The position numbers and the translations under genes were made by a program. Below are positions 37,217 to 47,282 of a stretch of 64,000 bases of DNA, piece after piece. This stretch comes from Desulfomonilia bacterium (lineage in GTDB: Bacteria > Desulfobacterota > Desulfomonilia > UBA1062). Position 1 is the first letter of the stretch; every line of letters begins with the position of its first letter. The stretch covers positions 416,001 to 480,000 of the forward strand of contig CAXXDQ010000003.1 of the NCBI GenBank assembly GCA_963664325.2, given 5' to 3'. Under the pieces are notes generated by a model. The model was not told where the DNA came from. It worked only from the letters and a program-made list of their open reading frames with translations, and ran no database searches.

Positions 37217-38894
37217 CCGTGAAACCATAGCGCTATTGAATGACATGGCAAATGCACTGGAGTATCTTAATGAGCCTTTCAGGGCCAAGGCATACCAAAA
37301 GGCAGCCAATGCCATATCGAGTCTTAATGTACCGGTTGGAACATTGATTGCTGACGGGAGTCTTAGAAATATTTCCGGCATAGGTAAGGGAATATTCTCA
37401 ACGATCGCATCATGGGAACAAGGTGATTTTACGGGATTTGCAGATCTTACAGACAAGCTTCCGGCAGGACTGCCTGAACTACTTAAAGTCCCGGGGTTGG
37501 GAATAAAACGTATTAGGGAGCTTCAACTCAAAGGGATAGAGACCCTGGAAGATCTTAACACAGCCCTTGATAAAGGCAGAATATCAACTTTCAAGGGACT
37601 GACTCCTAGGTTTGAAGCCAGGATAAGAAAAGCAATAGGTGACATAATTGAGGGCAGAGGGCGCATTCTTTTAAACGTTGCTTATGACATAGCCATGCAT
37701 ATGAATGAAATTTTTCAAATGAACTCAATTGATGCCAGTATAACAGGGGAACTCAGAAGGACGGAAGAGACAATAAGTTCAATTGAATTTCTGATTTGCG
37801 ATATTAATGATGTTGAGCTGAAATTGAAAGAGATATTCGGTGACCAGATTGTTAAATCCGGTAAAATGTTGAGCATCAATCTTAGAAAGGCCCCTAAGAT
37901 AAATATTCATCTTACAGACAGGAAAATTCATGGTGTTTCCCTGTTCATTACAACCGGGTCAATCGGGCATATTGAAAAGATCAAAGAACATTCTTACCCT
38001 CGTGGTTATGAAATAAATGAGACAGGCATATTTAAAAATGGCATCCCTTGTTTTCCGGAGACTGAGAACGATCTGTATGAAATGATCGGTCTTACATATA
38101 TACCGCCTGAAACCAGGGAAGAAAACGGCGGAATAGAGTTTGCTTTAAAAAAGATATTCCCGGTTGTTATTAATAATGAAGATATTACTGGAACAATACA
38201 TAATCACACAACATACAGCGACGGCAGGGCATCTTTGACAGAAATGGCACAGGCGGCACAAGATATGGGATATAAATGGATCGGGATATCCGATCACAGC
38301 ATCACTGCACATTATGCGGGAGGTATGAATCAGAAGTCCCTGCTCAGGCAGATTGACGAGATTGATGCTTTAAATGCAAAAGCCGGGATTCAAATTCTTA
38401 AAGGAATTGAGTGTGATATTCAGCATGACGGATCACTCGATTACGGGTACGATATACTGAATTCGTTCGATTTCGTCATAGCCAGCATCCATACAAAAAT
38501 GGACATGGAAGAGGGCTTGATGACCCAGCGAATTATTACAGCTATCCGGAATCCTGCAACATCGATGCTTGCTCATCCCACGGGGAGACTGCTGCTTGCA
38601 AGAAGTCCGTACGATGTGGATATGGATGCAGTCCTTGAAGAATGCCTTATGAATAAAGTGATAGTTGAAATAAACGCCAATCCTCAAAGGCTTGATCTTG
38701 AATGGAGAAAAGTAAACGATTTTGTAACAGCCGGGGGCATGGTGGCCATAAGCCCCGATGCTCATGATACAACGGGGCTTAATGATATGCGATTCGGACT
38801 GATGATGGCAAGGAAAGCCATGGTTGAACCCGGTTCATGTATTAACTCTCTTTGTACAAAAGATGCACTTGATTGTCTGAAACGATATAAATAA
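37209..38894 (+). CDS. polX: DNA polymerase X / PHP exonuclease (polymerase catalytic Asp residues substituted)
   Basis: FRAKAYQKAA, HhH GIGKG and PGLG, GELRR, TTGS, YIPPE.RE; PHP motifs HNHT, SDHS, AHPTGR, EINAN, DAH. Confidence 0.9.
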   Translation: MDNRETIALLNDMANALEYLNEPFRAKAYQKAANAISSLNVPVGTLIADGSLRNISGIGKGIFSTIASWEQGDFTGFADLTDKLPAGLPELLKVPGLGIKRIRELQLKGIETLEDLNTALDKGRISTFKGLTPRFEARIRKAIGDIIEGRGRILLNVAYDIAMHMNEIFQMNSIDASITGELRRTEETISSIEFLICDINDVELKLKEIFGDQIVKSGKMLSINLRKAPKINIHLTDRKIHGVSLFITTGSIGHIEKIKEHSYPRGYEINETGIFKNGIPCFPETENDLYEMIGLTYIPPETREENGGIEFALKKIFPVVINNEDITGTIHNHTTYSDGRASLTEMAQAAQDMGYKWIGISDHSITAHYAGGMNQKSLLRQIDEIDALNAKAGIQILKGIECDIQHDGSLDYGYDILNSFDFVIASIHTKMDMEEGLMTQRIITAIRNPATSMLAHPTGRLLLARSPYDVDMDAVLEECLMNKVIVEINANPQRLDLEWRKVNDFVTAGGMVAISPDAHDTTGLNDMRFGLMMARKAMVEPGSCINSLCTKDALDCLKRYK

Positions 38895-38947
38895 AACCTT
38901 GACGCCAGACTGTTGACTATAAAAGCCAGGTTATTATTTTAATTTAT

Positions 38948-39460
38948 ATGCACAAACGTACATTCATAGAGATGAGAGTCGCGGGCATTGCCCTGGATCC
39001 CTCCAACAATGCACCTATTGTACTTCTGAGCGATGTGAACAACAAATCATTCCTGCCGATCTGGATAGGAGTTCTGGAAGCCAGTTCAATTGCTGCCGCC
39101 CTTGAAGGTGTAAAGCTGGACAGGCCTATGACTCACGATCTTTTATGTTCAATGGTGGAGTCTCTCGGCGCCAGGGTTGTGAAGGTTGAGATTGTCGACC
39201 TGAAGCAGAATATCTATTTTGCAGACATTGTTATTGAACGCTCCGGAGAGGTCAAGTCTATTGACTCAAGACCTTCTGATGCTATTGCAGTAGCATTGAG
39301 AACGCATGCCAGAATTTTTGTTTCGAGCCATGTAATCAAGGAAGCATCTGACGAAGATATGCTGTCACAGGGTATACTCGGATTTGAACAGAACAGGGAC
39401 AAACTTCAGGATATCCTTGAACGAATGGGTCCGGAGGATTTTGGAAAATTCAGGGCGTGA
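38948..39460 (+). CDS. Bifunctional nuclease family protein (DUF151)
   Basis: LPIWIG..EA, RPMTHDL, IDSRPSDAIAVA. Confidence 0.92.
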   Translation: MHKRTFIEMRVAGIALDPSNNAPIVLLSDVNNKSFLPIWIGVLEASSIAAALEGVKLDRPMTHDLLCSMVESLGARVVKVEIVDLKQNIYFADIVIERSGEVKSIDSRPSDAIAVALRTHARIFVSSHVIKEASDEDMLSQGILGFEQNRDKLQDILERMGPEDFGKFRA

Positions 39461-39463
39461 AAC

Positions 39464-39500
39464 AAGGCTTCTTCTCTGCCGTCAGGCCGGAAAGAAGCTT
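39464..39500. terminator. Hairpin between convergent DUF151 and rpoD genes
   Basis: Imperfect inverted repeat AGGCTTCTT...AAGAAGCTT. Confidence 0.4.
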
Positions 39501-39501
39501 C

Positions 39502-41229
39502 TCAGTTGTCAATAAAAGACCTGAGCTTCTTTGAGCGTACAGGATGCCTGAGTTTTCTCAAAGCTTTTGCCTCAATCTGCCGGATTCTTTCACGCGTAAC
39601 GGTGAAATCCTTTCCAACCTCTTCAAGTGTATGGTCAGATTTCTCACCTATGCCGAAACGCATACGCAGAACCTTTTCTTCTCTAGGCGTAAGTGTTGCA
39701 AGCACCCGTCTTGACTGTTCGGAAAGGTTTTTGGCGATAATCGCCTCTGCCGGGGACGGCACTTTCTTGTCTTCAATGAAATCTCCGAGATGTGAGTCTT
39801 CTTCTTCGCCTATAGGAGTCTCAAGGGATATGGGCTCTTTGGCGATCTTCAGAATTTTTCTTACCTTGTGCTCGGGATATTCCATCTTTTCGGCTATTTC
39901 TTCAGGTGTGGGTTCTCTTCCGAGTTCCTGGACCAGGGCCCTTGAAGTCCTGATGAGCTTGTTTATTGTCTCGATCATGTGCACGGGAATCCTGATTGTC
40001 CTGGCCTGATCCGCTATAGCCCTTGTAATGGCCTGCCGTATCCACCATGTGGCATATGTTGAGAATTTGTAGCCGCGTCTGTATTCAAACTTCTCAACCG
40101 CTTTCATAAGTCCGATATTGCCTTCCTGTATGAGATCAAGGAATTGCAGCCCGCGGTTAACATATTTTTTTGCTATGCTTACAACAAGCCTCAGGTTGGC
40201 CTGGATAAGTTCTGTCTTTGCCGCATTTGTTTTCAATTCCGCATCTTCGAGAACTCTTACGGCCTTTTTCAAACCCTGTGCTGTAAGGCCGCCTTCAATC
40301 TCTATCTTCTTTATCTCCTTTCGAAGCAGAGACAGGTCTGCAGCAACCAGACAGAATTCATCGGCCGAAATGGACTGGTTAGCCAAAAAATCATCGTGAT
40401 CACGGTCACCCTCTTGTATCGTATGGTATATATCCAGGATATCTTCACAGCAGATTCCAAAACGGTTTTCATAACATAGTATGCGGTATTCTCTTGATTC
40501 GAGCTGTTTCTTCAAATCCTTCAACCTTCTTCCGAATCCGTCAATTTGTTCGGGAACGAACTTGATCTCATTGATAAGCCTGACGATTTCACGGCTTACC
40601 TTGGCCATTTCATTTTTTATCTTCTCTCGCCGGTTTTTCGGTGCACGGAAAAGTTTGGATTTAAGTACCTTGATCTGCGCTTGATTGGCCTCTATGGTTT
40701 TAATAATGTCTAATGTCTTCTGTCTGGCAGGGTGTTCCTCAAGTTCGATCTCATTTTCAACGTTAAATATATCTTCAAGATCGATTACATCTTTAAGACG
40801 GATATTCCCGGTTTTAAGCATTACACCGATACTTATTACCTCTTTAACCGTGACCGGTGAGTTAATGATTACATTAAGGATCTGTCTTTGTCCGGCCTCG
40901 ATACGTTTTGCAATCTCGGTTTCGTCTTCCCTTGAAAGCAATGAGACCGATCCCATTTCATGAAGGTACATCCTTACCGGGTCAGGGGCTCTGAATGCCG
41001 CCCCTTCATCCGGAATTTCAATCTCTTCTTCAGTATCAAATTCCGGTTCGGTTTCAGAGACTTTAATCTCCTTATCCGAAAACATGTCCATGACATCTTC
41101 AAGATCATCAGGAGTCAAGACATCTTCAGGCAGGGATTCATTTGAGGGTTCTTCGAAAATGAACTCTTTAGGCTTGCCCATTGTTACAAATTTCTGAACA
41201 TCTTTTTTAAATGCCTTCTTATCGGTCAT
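39502..41229 (-). CDS. rpoD: RNA polymerase primary sigma factor RpoD
   Basis: [52 protein letters not shown]. Confidence 0.98.
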   Translation of the reverse strand: MTDKKAFKKDVQKFVTMGKPKEFIFEEPSNESLPEDVLTPDDLEDVMDMFSDKEIKVSETEPEFDTEEEIEIPDEGAAFRAPDPVRMYLHEMGSVSLLSREDETEIAKRIEAGQRQILNVIINSPVTVKEVISIGVMLKTGNIRLKDVIDLEDIFNVENEIELEEHPARQKTLDIIKTIEANQAQIKVLKSKLFRAPKNRREKIKNEMAKVSREIVRLINEIKFVPEQIDGFGRRLKDLKKQLESREYRILCYENRFGICCEDILDIYHTIQEGDRDHDDFLANQSISADEFCLVAADLSLLRKEIKKIEIEGGLTAQGLKKAVRVLEDAELKTNAAKTELIQANLRLVVSIAKKYVNRGLQFLDLIQEGNIGLMKAVEKFEYRRGYKFSTYATWWIRQAITRAIADQARTIRIPVHMIETINKLIRTSRALVQELGREPTPEEIAEKMEYPEHKVRKILKIAKEPISLETPIGEEEDSHLGDFIEDKKVPSPAEAIIAKNLSEQSRRVLATLTPREEKVLRMRFGIGEKSDHTLEEVGKDFTVTRERIRQIEAKALRKLRHPVRSKKLRSFIDN

Positions 41230-42964
41230 TTTTTCCCAGAGCCTCCATTATATATTGAGGAATATTTTTTCTCTCTTCCACTAGAAATTTTCTTCTGGAA
41301 AGTAGTTTGAACTGCTGTTCTTTTTCAACCCCTGCTGTCATGTACTGCAATTCTTTCAATTCTCTGTCCACTTCTTTCAATTCTTTGTCATACGGCTTGG
41401 CCAGCATTCTGCCTGCAATATCAAACAATGCTTTTTTTCTGTCACCTTCTATACCGGGCATTCCTAACAGTTTCTGTGCAGTAGCTTTTACTTTTTCAGG
41501 ACAGTCTGCGTGATTTTCTATGCAATTTCCGTGCTCAAGAACCCATTCTGCAAGCAAGGAAATATCTTCATCCCTTAACTCTTTAACCAAGTTGAAAACG
41601 CTTAGTATTTTTACAGCATCTGTGTCAAGAAGGATAAGTTTGCCAAACATGTTTTCAAGGGGATCATGTTGAATCGTAACGGTTTCATTGATTTTAACAT
41701 CCCCTTTTCCGCGTATCAATCTGGATATCGTATCTCTCTTAATGCCTGTGCGCTCCGAAAGTCTTTCCTCAAGCATGTCCCTGAGGACCATGTCTTTTAC
41801 TTTTGTAATAGTCTGTGTGAGTTCTGTAAGTATGGCTTTTTTCCCTTCCATCTTTGATGCATTGTGCTTTTTAAAGGATTCATCAAATATAAAGTCCCAT
41901 ATGGTAACTGCCTCATCCAAAATTGCATTCCACCTATTAATATCCTTTCTTGCCAGGTCGTCAGGATCCATTCCCTCCGGCAGGATTGCTACCCTGGGTA
42001 TAATATCAGTTGACAAAAACTGTTCCAGCGCCCTGTAAGTCGCATTTCTCCCTGCGGCATCACCGTCAAAGACAAGGGTAATCGAATTCGTGAACCTTTT
42101 GAGAAGCCTGACATGATCTTCGCTGAAGGATGTTCCCAGAGCGGCAACAGCCCTTAAGAAACCTGCATTGGCAAGGGATACTACATCCATATACCCTTCA
42201 ACGACCACCACTCCCTGACTCTTAATAAGATTTCGCGCATTGTTGAGGTTATAAAGAACCCGCTTTTTTTCAAATGCAGGCGTTTCAGGGCTGTTCAAAT
42301 ACTTCGGCTCACTGCCGTCCAGCACTCTTCCACCGAACGCTACAACCTCTCCTCCCCTGTCAATGATGGGGAACATCAACCGGTTTCTGAACCTGTCGTA
42401 GTATCCGCCGGATTTTCTTTCAACCGTAAGGCCGGCTTTGAATGCAATCTCTTCGGATATGCCGTTTTTCTTGAGGTGAAGAATAAGTGAATCCCATCCC
42501 TCAGGCGCATATCCGATTGAAAAAGTTCTGATTGTTTCATCCTTAATTCCTCGGGCCTTTATGTAATCAGACGCAATTGCACCATTTGGAGATTTGAGCA
42601 TTGAGACAAAAAAATTCATGGCAATGCGGCCGGCATCATATATTGCTTTTATCTCGCTTCTGTTTTGCCTGGTTTCCCGTTCGGGACGTTCAATTCCTGC
42701 CTTCTCGCAAAGCTCATCAACAGCTTCACGGTAATTGAGTCCCTTAGTTTTGATGACAAAATCAATTACATTGCCATTTTCCTTGCAGCCGAAACAGTAG
42801 AACATCTGCTTGGGCTGGTCCACGGAAAATGAAGGCGCACTTTCCTTGTGGAAGGGGCACAGACCCCAGTACTTGCCTCCCCTTTTCTTGAGAGTGACAT
42901 GTTCTGAGACGACATCAACGATATCGTAATGAGACAGGATCCTGTCCTTTAAATCCTGCTGCAT
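41219..42964 (-). CDS. dnaG: DNA primase
   Basis: CPFH...CFGC Zn finger, [31 protein letters not shown]. Confidence 0.98.
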   Translation of the reverse strand: MQQDLKDRILSHYDIVDVVSEHVTLKKRGGKYWGLCPFHKESAPSFSVDQPKQMFYCFGCKENGNVIDFVIKTKGLNYREAVDELCEKAGIERPERETRQNRSEIKAIYDAGRIAMNFFVSMLKSPNGAIASDYIKARGIKDETIRTFSIGYAPEGWDSLILHLKKNGISEEIAFKAGLTVERKSGGYYDRFRNRLMFPIIDRGGEVVAFGGRVLDGSEPKYLNSPETPAFEKKRVLYNLNNARNLIKSQGVVVVEGYMDVVSLANAGFLRAVAALGTSFSEDHVRLLKRFTNSITLVFDGDAAGRNATYRALEQFLSTDIIPRVAILPEGMDPDDLARKDINRWNAILDEAVTIWDFIFDESFKKHNASKMEGKKAILTELTQTITKVKDMVLRDMLEERLSERTGIKRDTISRLIRGKGDVKINETVTIQHDPLENMFGKLILLDTDAVKILSVFNLVKELRDEDISLLAEWVLEHGNCIENHADCPEKVKATAQKLLGMPGIEGDRKKALFDIAGRMLAKPYDKELKEVDRELKELQYMTAGVEKEQQFKLLSRRKFLVEERKNIPQYIMEALGKNDR

Positions 42965-42966
42965 TC

Positions 42967-45207
42967 TCAGCTAAACCTCACTATGGTCTTTAATCCGCCG
43001 CTGTCTTCCGGCAGGGCATCGTGAAACCCTTTTACATTTGATATCTGCCTCAGATAATCCCTGACAGCCTTCTTAAGTATCCCTGATCCGCTGCCGTGAA
43101 TGATTTCAAGCGTTTCCTGGCCCGAGAGGATTGCGTTGTCTACAGCCTTTTCGATCACGGGGAGTGCCTCATCAACCCTCATTCCGACAATAATAACGGG
43201 AAGCACTGTCGGTGCAAATGATTTTACGTATCCGGATCTAATAATCTGATCTGTTTCGTCGCTTACGGGTTCGATTTGATCAATGTTTACAGTGATCCGT
43301 TTGGAACCGCAGGCTATCTCCGCGATTTCAGGTTCAAGGGATGTTATTATACCCGAGACATTTGTATCTATAAGCCTGACCTTCATGCCCTTTGAAAAAC
43401 CGAATACAGAAGACGCCTGTTCAGGCAGATCAATTAAAGTTTCCCTAAGTTCTTGCGCTTCGGGGAATTCTTTTACCGTCTGGAACTCGTTTTTTGAAGG
43501 TTTGTTCAAAATATTCTCGAGTCTTTCCATGAGCCTTTTGTATTTCAAGGCATATTCAAAACGCTCTTTTTCCTGCAATTTAATTTCTTTTTCAGCGGCC
43601 TCTTTGATTTTGTCAGCTTCTTCAAGCGCCTTTTGTGCCTCATGCCTTAATTTTGAAGCCATGCCGATATCTTCTATCGCTTTCATAAGGCTGTTATTTT
43701 TGTCGCCGGCTATAATTCCTGTGGCCGTATCAATAAGCACATCGGGAAATGAAACGGATCTGAGTATCTCGAAAGCCCTGCTTGAGCCTATTTGCCCGTA
43801 TTGAAAGGAGTAAAGAGGTTTAAGCGTTTTTTCGTCAAAGGACATTGAAGCAAGTTGCATATCAGGCTGGGACAGACCGTATAGTTTAACAGTCTCCGAA
43901 TGTGAAGTGACAACCACAGTTGCCCCTTTTTTCCTGAAGGCATCTATACAGGCAACCGCAATTGCCCCCCCGTGGTCATGGTCGGTCCCTGTTCCGGGTT
44001 CATCAAGCAAGACGATATCTCCTGGTCCGACATTTTCGTATATGGTTTTCAAGGACTCTACATGTGCGGTGAATGTTGAAAGCCCATGTGAAATGTCCTG
44101 TGATGTGTCCATCTCGACTAGAACCTTGTTGACACGCGGCAGAATGGAGCCTTTGTCTGCTGGAATGGGCAGGCCGCTTTTTGCCATAAGGACAAGAAGA
44201 CCAAGTGTTTTAAGCGCAACAGTTTTTCCCCCGGCATTCGGGCCCGTTATTATCAGACAGTTTTTATCTCCATGAAGCTTAATGTCAAGGGGTATGCAAG
44301 AACTGCCGAGGCGCTCAAGCAAGGCGGGATGCCTTGAATTAACCAGGCTGATTTCGTTACCAAGCCTGGGAATGGAGCTTTTTGAACTGATAGACCATCT
44401 GGCAACGGCCTGCAAAACATCCAACCGGGCAAAGATTGATATGCCTCTCTTGATGTTGCCTGATTCGCGGATTACCTGGGTTGTCAGGTGCCTGAGCACC
44501 CTTTCTTCTTCTTCCCTGATCCCTGATTTTAATTCTATCAGTGAGTTGTTGTCTTCTACGACTTCGAACGGTTCCACATAAACGGAGTGCCGGGAACCTG
44601 AATAATCATGGGTGATGCCTTTTATATGGGTACCGAAATCTTGTCTGAGCGGAATGACGAATCTGTTGTTTCTCAGGGTGATGATTTCCTCTGTTACAAT
44701 ATGCCTCAGTCTCGAAATGATACTTTCCAGCTTTTCCAGGACGGTCTGGCGCAATGACCGGTACTTTATTTTTAGCTGCTTTAAAACCGGGTTTTTCAGA
44801 TCTGAAACCTCGCCTGTCGGGAGGAGGGAGTTTTCGATTTCTTTTATCAGCAGGTCGGGTATCAATATTTCATCAGCCAGTTCGGAGAGGTATTCCTCTT
44901 TGCCAAGCTGGGATTTGAGACTGCATATTTCTTTTAATGTCGAAGACACTTTTAGCAGATCCTGACCTTCAAAGATGGTTCCTTCCTTCATTTCAAGCAG
45001 TGCGCTGATGTCTGCAATGGGATTGATGCTGATCTTGCTGCTATTTATCAGATCAGTCATCTCAGTAATAAGTTTCCATTGGGTAATTGCATCATCCCAG
45101 GAATCATACGGGCAGAGACTTTCCAATGCATTCAATCCTGCATCGGAAACGATATTGTTTTTTATATAGCCCTTAACGGAATTAAACTCTAAAAGGTCAC
45201 CCTTCAT
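42967..45207 (-). CDS. mutS2: Endonuclease MutS2
   Basis: ITGPNAGGKT, LSTFTAH, LLDEPGTGTD; Smr domain GMRVDEA...IIHGSGSG. Confidence 0.93.
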   Translation of the reverse strand: MKGDLLEFNSVKGYIKNNIVSDAGLNALESLCPYDSWDDAITQWKLITEMTDLINSSKISINPIADISALLEMKEGTIFEGQDLLKVSSTLKEICSLKSQLGKEEYLSELADEILIPDLLIKEIENSLLPTGEVSDLKNPVLKQLKIKYRSLRQTVLEKLESIISRLRHIVTEEIITLRNNRFVIPLRQDFGTHIKGITHDYSGSRHSVYVEPFEVVEDNNSLIELKSGIREEEERVLRHLTTQVIRESGNIKRGISIFARLDVLQAVARWSISSKSSIPRLGNEISLVNSRHPALLERLGSSCIPLDIKLHGDKNCLIITGPNAGGKTVALKTLGLLVLMAKSGLPIPADKGSILPRVNKVLVEMDTSQDISHGLSTFTAHVESLKTIYENVGPGDIVLLDEPGTGTDHDHGGAIAVACIDAFRKKGATVVVTSHSETVKLYGLSQPDMQLASMSFDEKTLKPLYSFQYGQIGSSRAFEILRSVSFPDVLIDTATGIIAGDKNNSLMKAIEDIGMASKLRHEAQKALEEADKIKEAAEKEIKLQEKERFEYALKYKRLMERLENILNKPSKNEFQTVKEFPEAQELRETLIDLPEQASSVFGFSKGMKVRLIDTNVSGIITSLEPEIAEIACGSKRITVNIDQIEPVSDETDQIIRSGYVKSFAPTVLPVIIVGMRVDEALPVIEKAVDNAILSGQETLEIIHGSGSGILKKAVRDYLRQISNVKGFHDALPEDSGGLKTIVRFS

Positions 45208-45250
45208 CTGTACATTTATCGGAAATGGTTTTTAAAAAACTATCGGCTGG

Positions 45251-45688
45251 TTACGAAAGTCTGCTGTTAACTAGGTTGTTTACCTTCTTGCCATCAGCCC
45301 TTCCGGCTGTTCTTGAAAGGACAAGCTTCATTACCTTGCCCATATCTTTTTTCGTGGCGCCTGTTTCTGCAATTACAGAATCTATGAGAGCCGTCAGTTC
45401 ATCATCACTGATTTCAGATGGAAGATAGGTCTTTAAGATATCAAGTTTCAGACGCTCGATTTCGGCCAGGTCTGTCCTGCCTGCAGCACCAAACTGTTCA
45501 TATGACTCGTTCACCTGCTTGATTTCCGTGCGCAGGACTCCAGTTGCTTCCTGGTCATCAAGTGGCTTTCTCAGTGCAATTTCCTTGTTCTTAATTGCAC
45601 TTAAAAGAACCCTCAGGCAGGATACTTTTTCCTTGTCTCCTGCCTTCAGGGCATCGGTCATATCTTTTTTTAGTTTTTCAGTCAGCAT
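45251..45688 (-). CDS. GatB/YqeY domain protein
   Basis: LKKDMTDALKAGDK, GRTDLAEIE, YLP, DMGKVM, GRADGK; ATG overlaps the rpsU stop. Confidence 0.93.
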   Translation of the reverse strand: MLTEKLKKDMTDALKAGDKEKVSCLRVLLSAIKNKEIALRKPLDDQEATGVLRTEIKQVNESYEQFGAAGRTDLAEIERLKLDILKTYLPSEISDDELTALIDSVIAETGATKKDMGKVMKLVLSRTAGRADGKKVNNLVNSRLS

Positions 45689-45891
45689 CAATAGAACGAC
45701 CTTACTTTCTGCATTCTTTTGACTGCACGTTTACGTGCAGCTATAGCCTTGCGTTTTCTCTTAACGCTTGGTTTTTCGTAAAACTCGCGCTTGCGGACTT
45801 CTGAGAGGACTCCCGCTTTTTCAACCTGTTTTTTAAATCTTTTTACAGCACTTTCAAATGGTTCGGTATCTCTGATTCTGATTCCGGGCAT
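45688..45891 (-). CDS. rpsU: 30S ribosomal protein S21
   Basis: [33 protein letters not shown]. Confidence 0.98.
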   Translation of the reverse strand: MPGIRIRDTEPFESAVKRFKKQVEKAGVLSEVRKREFYEKPSVKRKRKAIAARKRAVKRMQKVRSFY

Positions 45892-45939
45892 GAATTAAAA
45901 ACACCCCCTCTCCAATGCGTGTCTTTTAAAAGATTAGTT

Positions 45940-45968
45940 CTTATATAAGATGGCATAGTGGGTGTCAA
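45940..45968 (-). promoter_or_regulatory. Sigma70 promoter of the rpsU operon
   Basis: TTGACA-17 bp-TATAAG on the minus strand. Confidence 0.7.
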
Positions 45969-45986
45969 GGATGAATCATCCTTTCT

Positions 45987-47282
45987 TCAGCGCTGCAGCC
46001 ATTCGGAAATGAGTTTGAGTGCCGTATCTCGTATGGCGGTCTTCCTGTCTTTTTTGGGAATATCCGGAACAGGAATAATGCCGTAATTTATATTCATGGG
46101 TTGAAAATTTGTTATTGCCGTATCAGTTATATGGTTAATTAACGCCCCTGTTGCCGTCTCAGGGGGAGGGGGAGAAAATGATCTGCCTGTAATTTTTGCC
46201 ATCATGGACAGTCCGGCAATTATTCCGGAGCATGCCGATTCCATGTAACCTTCAACGCCAGTAAGCTGGCCTGCAACTATAATGTTTGAATGTCCGTGCA
46301 TGCTCAGGTCTTTATCGAGAACCCTTGGTGAGTCAATGAATGTGTTCCTGTGGATTGAGCCGTACCTGAGGAATATGGCATCGGCAAGCCCCGGCAGTAG
46401 CCTGAATACCTTGTCCTGTCCGGGATAGCTTAATCGCGTCTGAAAGCCCACCATATTGAAGGCATCACCCTTCAGGGTTTCCTTTCTGAGTTGAACAACC
46501 GCATGAGGCCTTACCCCGGTCTTTGGGTTTTTGATTCCGACTGGTCTCATCGGCCCGAACCTGAGGCTTTGAGCTCCACGCTCAGCAATGATTTCAATGG
46601 GAAGACATCCTTCAAAATATTTCTTATCCTCAAAAGCATGCGGGATGACACGATCTGTTTTGAGCAGTTCGTCCAGAAACATGTCATATTCTGCTTTGTT
46701 TAAGGGACAGTTGATATAATCGCTTCCATCTTCCGACCATCTGGAACCGAAAAACGCTTTTGTCATATCTATGCTTTTCGCGTCGATTATCGGGGCAATG
46801 GCGTCATGGAAAAACATCCTGTCTGAACCTGTCAGGTTCGTAATGTCTTCTACAAGCGCATCCGATGTGAGAGGGCCGGTTGCAATAATGCAGTTTCTAT
46901 CAAGAGGAACTGATTTAACCTCTGAGTGTTTTACTGTGATAAACGGGCTGGAATCAATTGCACCGGTGACAAAGGCTGCAAATTTATTTCTGTCAACGGC
47001 CAGAGCTTTTCCAGCTGGAACCCTTGTTTGCAAGGCTGCTTTAATTACAATGGAATTCATGATTTGCATTTCAGCCTTCAGCAGTCCATGGGCGGTAAGA
47101 GGGTCGGTGCCTTTAAGCGAATTACTGCATACAAGTTCGGCAAGCATACCGCTCGAATGGGCTCCGGTCATTTTATGAGGACGCATTTCGAACAGATCAA
47201 CGTTGATACCGTTTTGAGAGAGAATCCATGCAGCCTCACAGCCTGCCAGGCCGCCGCCGATTACAAGAACGGTATCACTCAT
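45987..47282 (-). CDS. trmFO: Folate/FAD-dependent tRNA U54 methyltransferase TrmFO
   Basis: Start MSDTVLVIGGGLAGCEAA overlapping the topA stop; AELVCSNS, GFQT.L, HRNTF, AGQLTGVEGY. Confidence 0.96.
   Translation of the reverse strand: MSDTVLVIGGGLAGCEAAWILSQNGINVDLFEMRPHKMTGAHSSGMLAELVCSNSLKGTDPLTAHGLLKAEMQIMNSIVIKAALQTRVPAGKALAVDRNKFAAFVTGAIDSSPFITVKHSEVKSVPLDRNCIIATGPLTSDALVEDITNLTGSDRMFFHDAIAPIIDAKSIDMTKAFFGSRWSEDGSDYINCPLNKAEYDMFLDELLKTDRVIPHAFEDKKYFEGCLPIEIIAERGAQSLRFGPMRPVGIKNPKTGVRPHAVVQLRKETLKGDAFNMVGFQTRLSYPGQDKVFRLLPGLADAIFLRYGSIHRNTFIDSPRVLDKDLSMHGHSNIIVAGQLTGVEGYMESACSGIIAGLSMMAKITGRSFSPPPPETATGALINHITDTAITNFQPMNINYGIIPVPDIPKKDRKTAIRDTALKLISEWLQR

Noticed and set aside
41050-41229. 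Divergent RpoD region 1.1
   Set aside because: The frame is intact, acidic character is retained, and this region is naturally variable.
39502-45891. mutS2 and yqeY inserted between rpsU and dnaG-rpoD
   Set aside because: To my knowledge this is a usual deltaproteobacterial form of the macromolecular synthesis operon, not a novelty.
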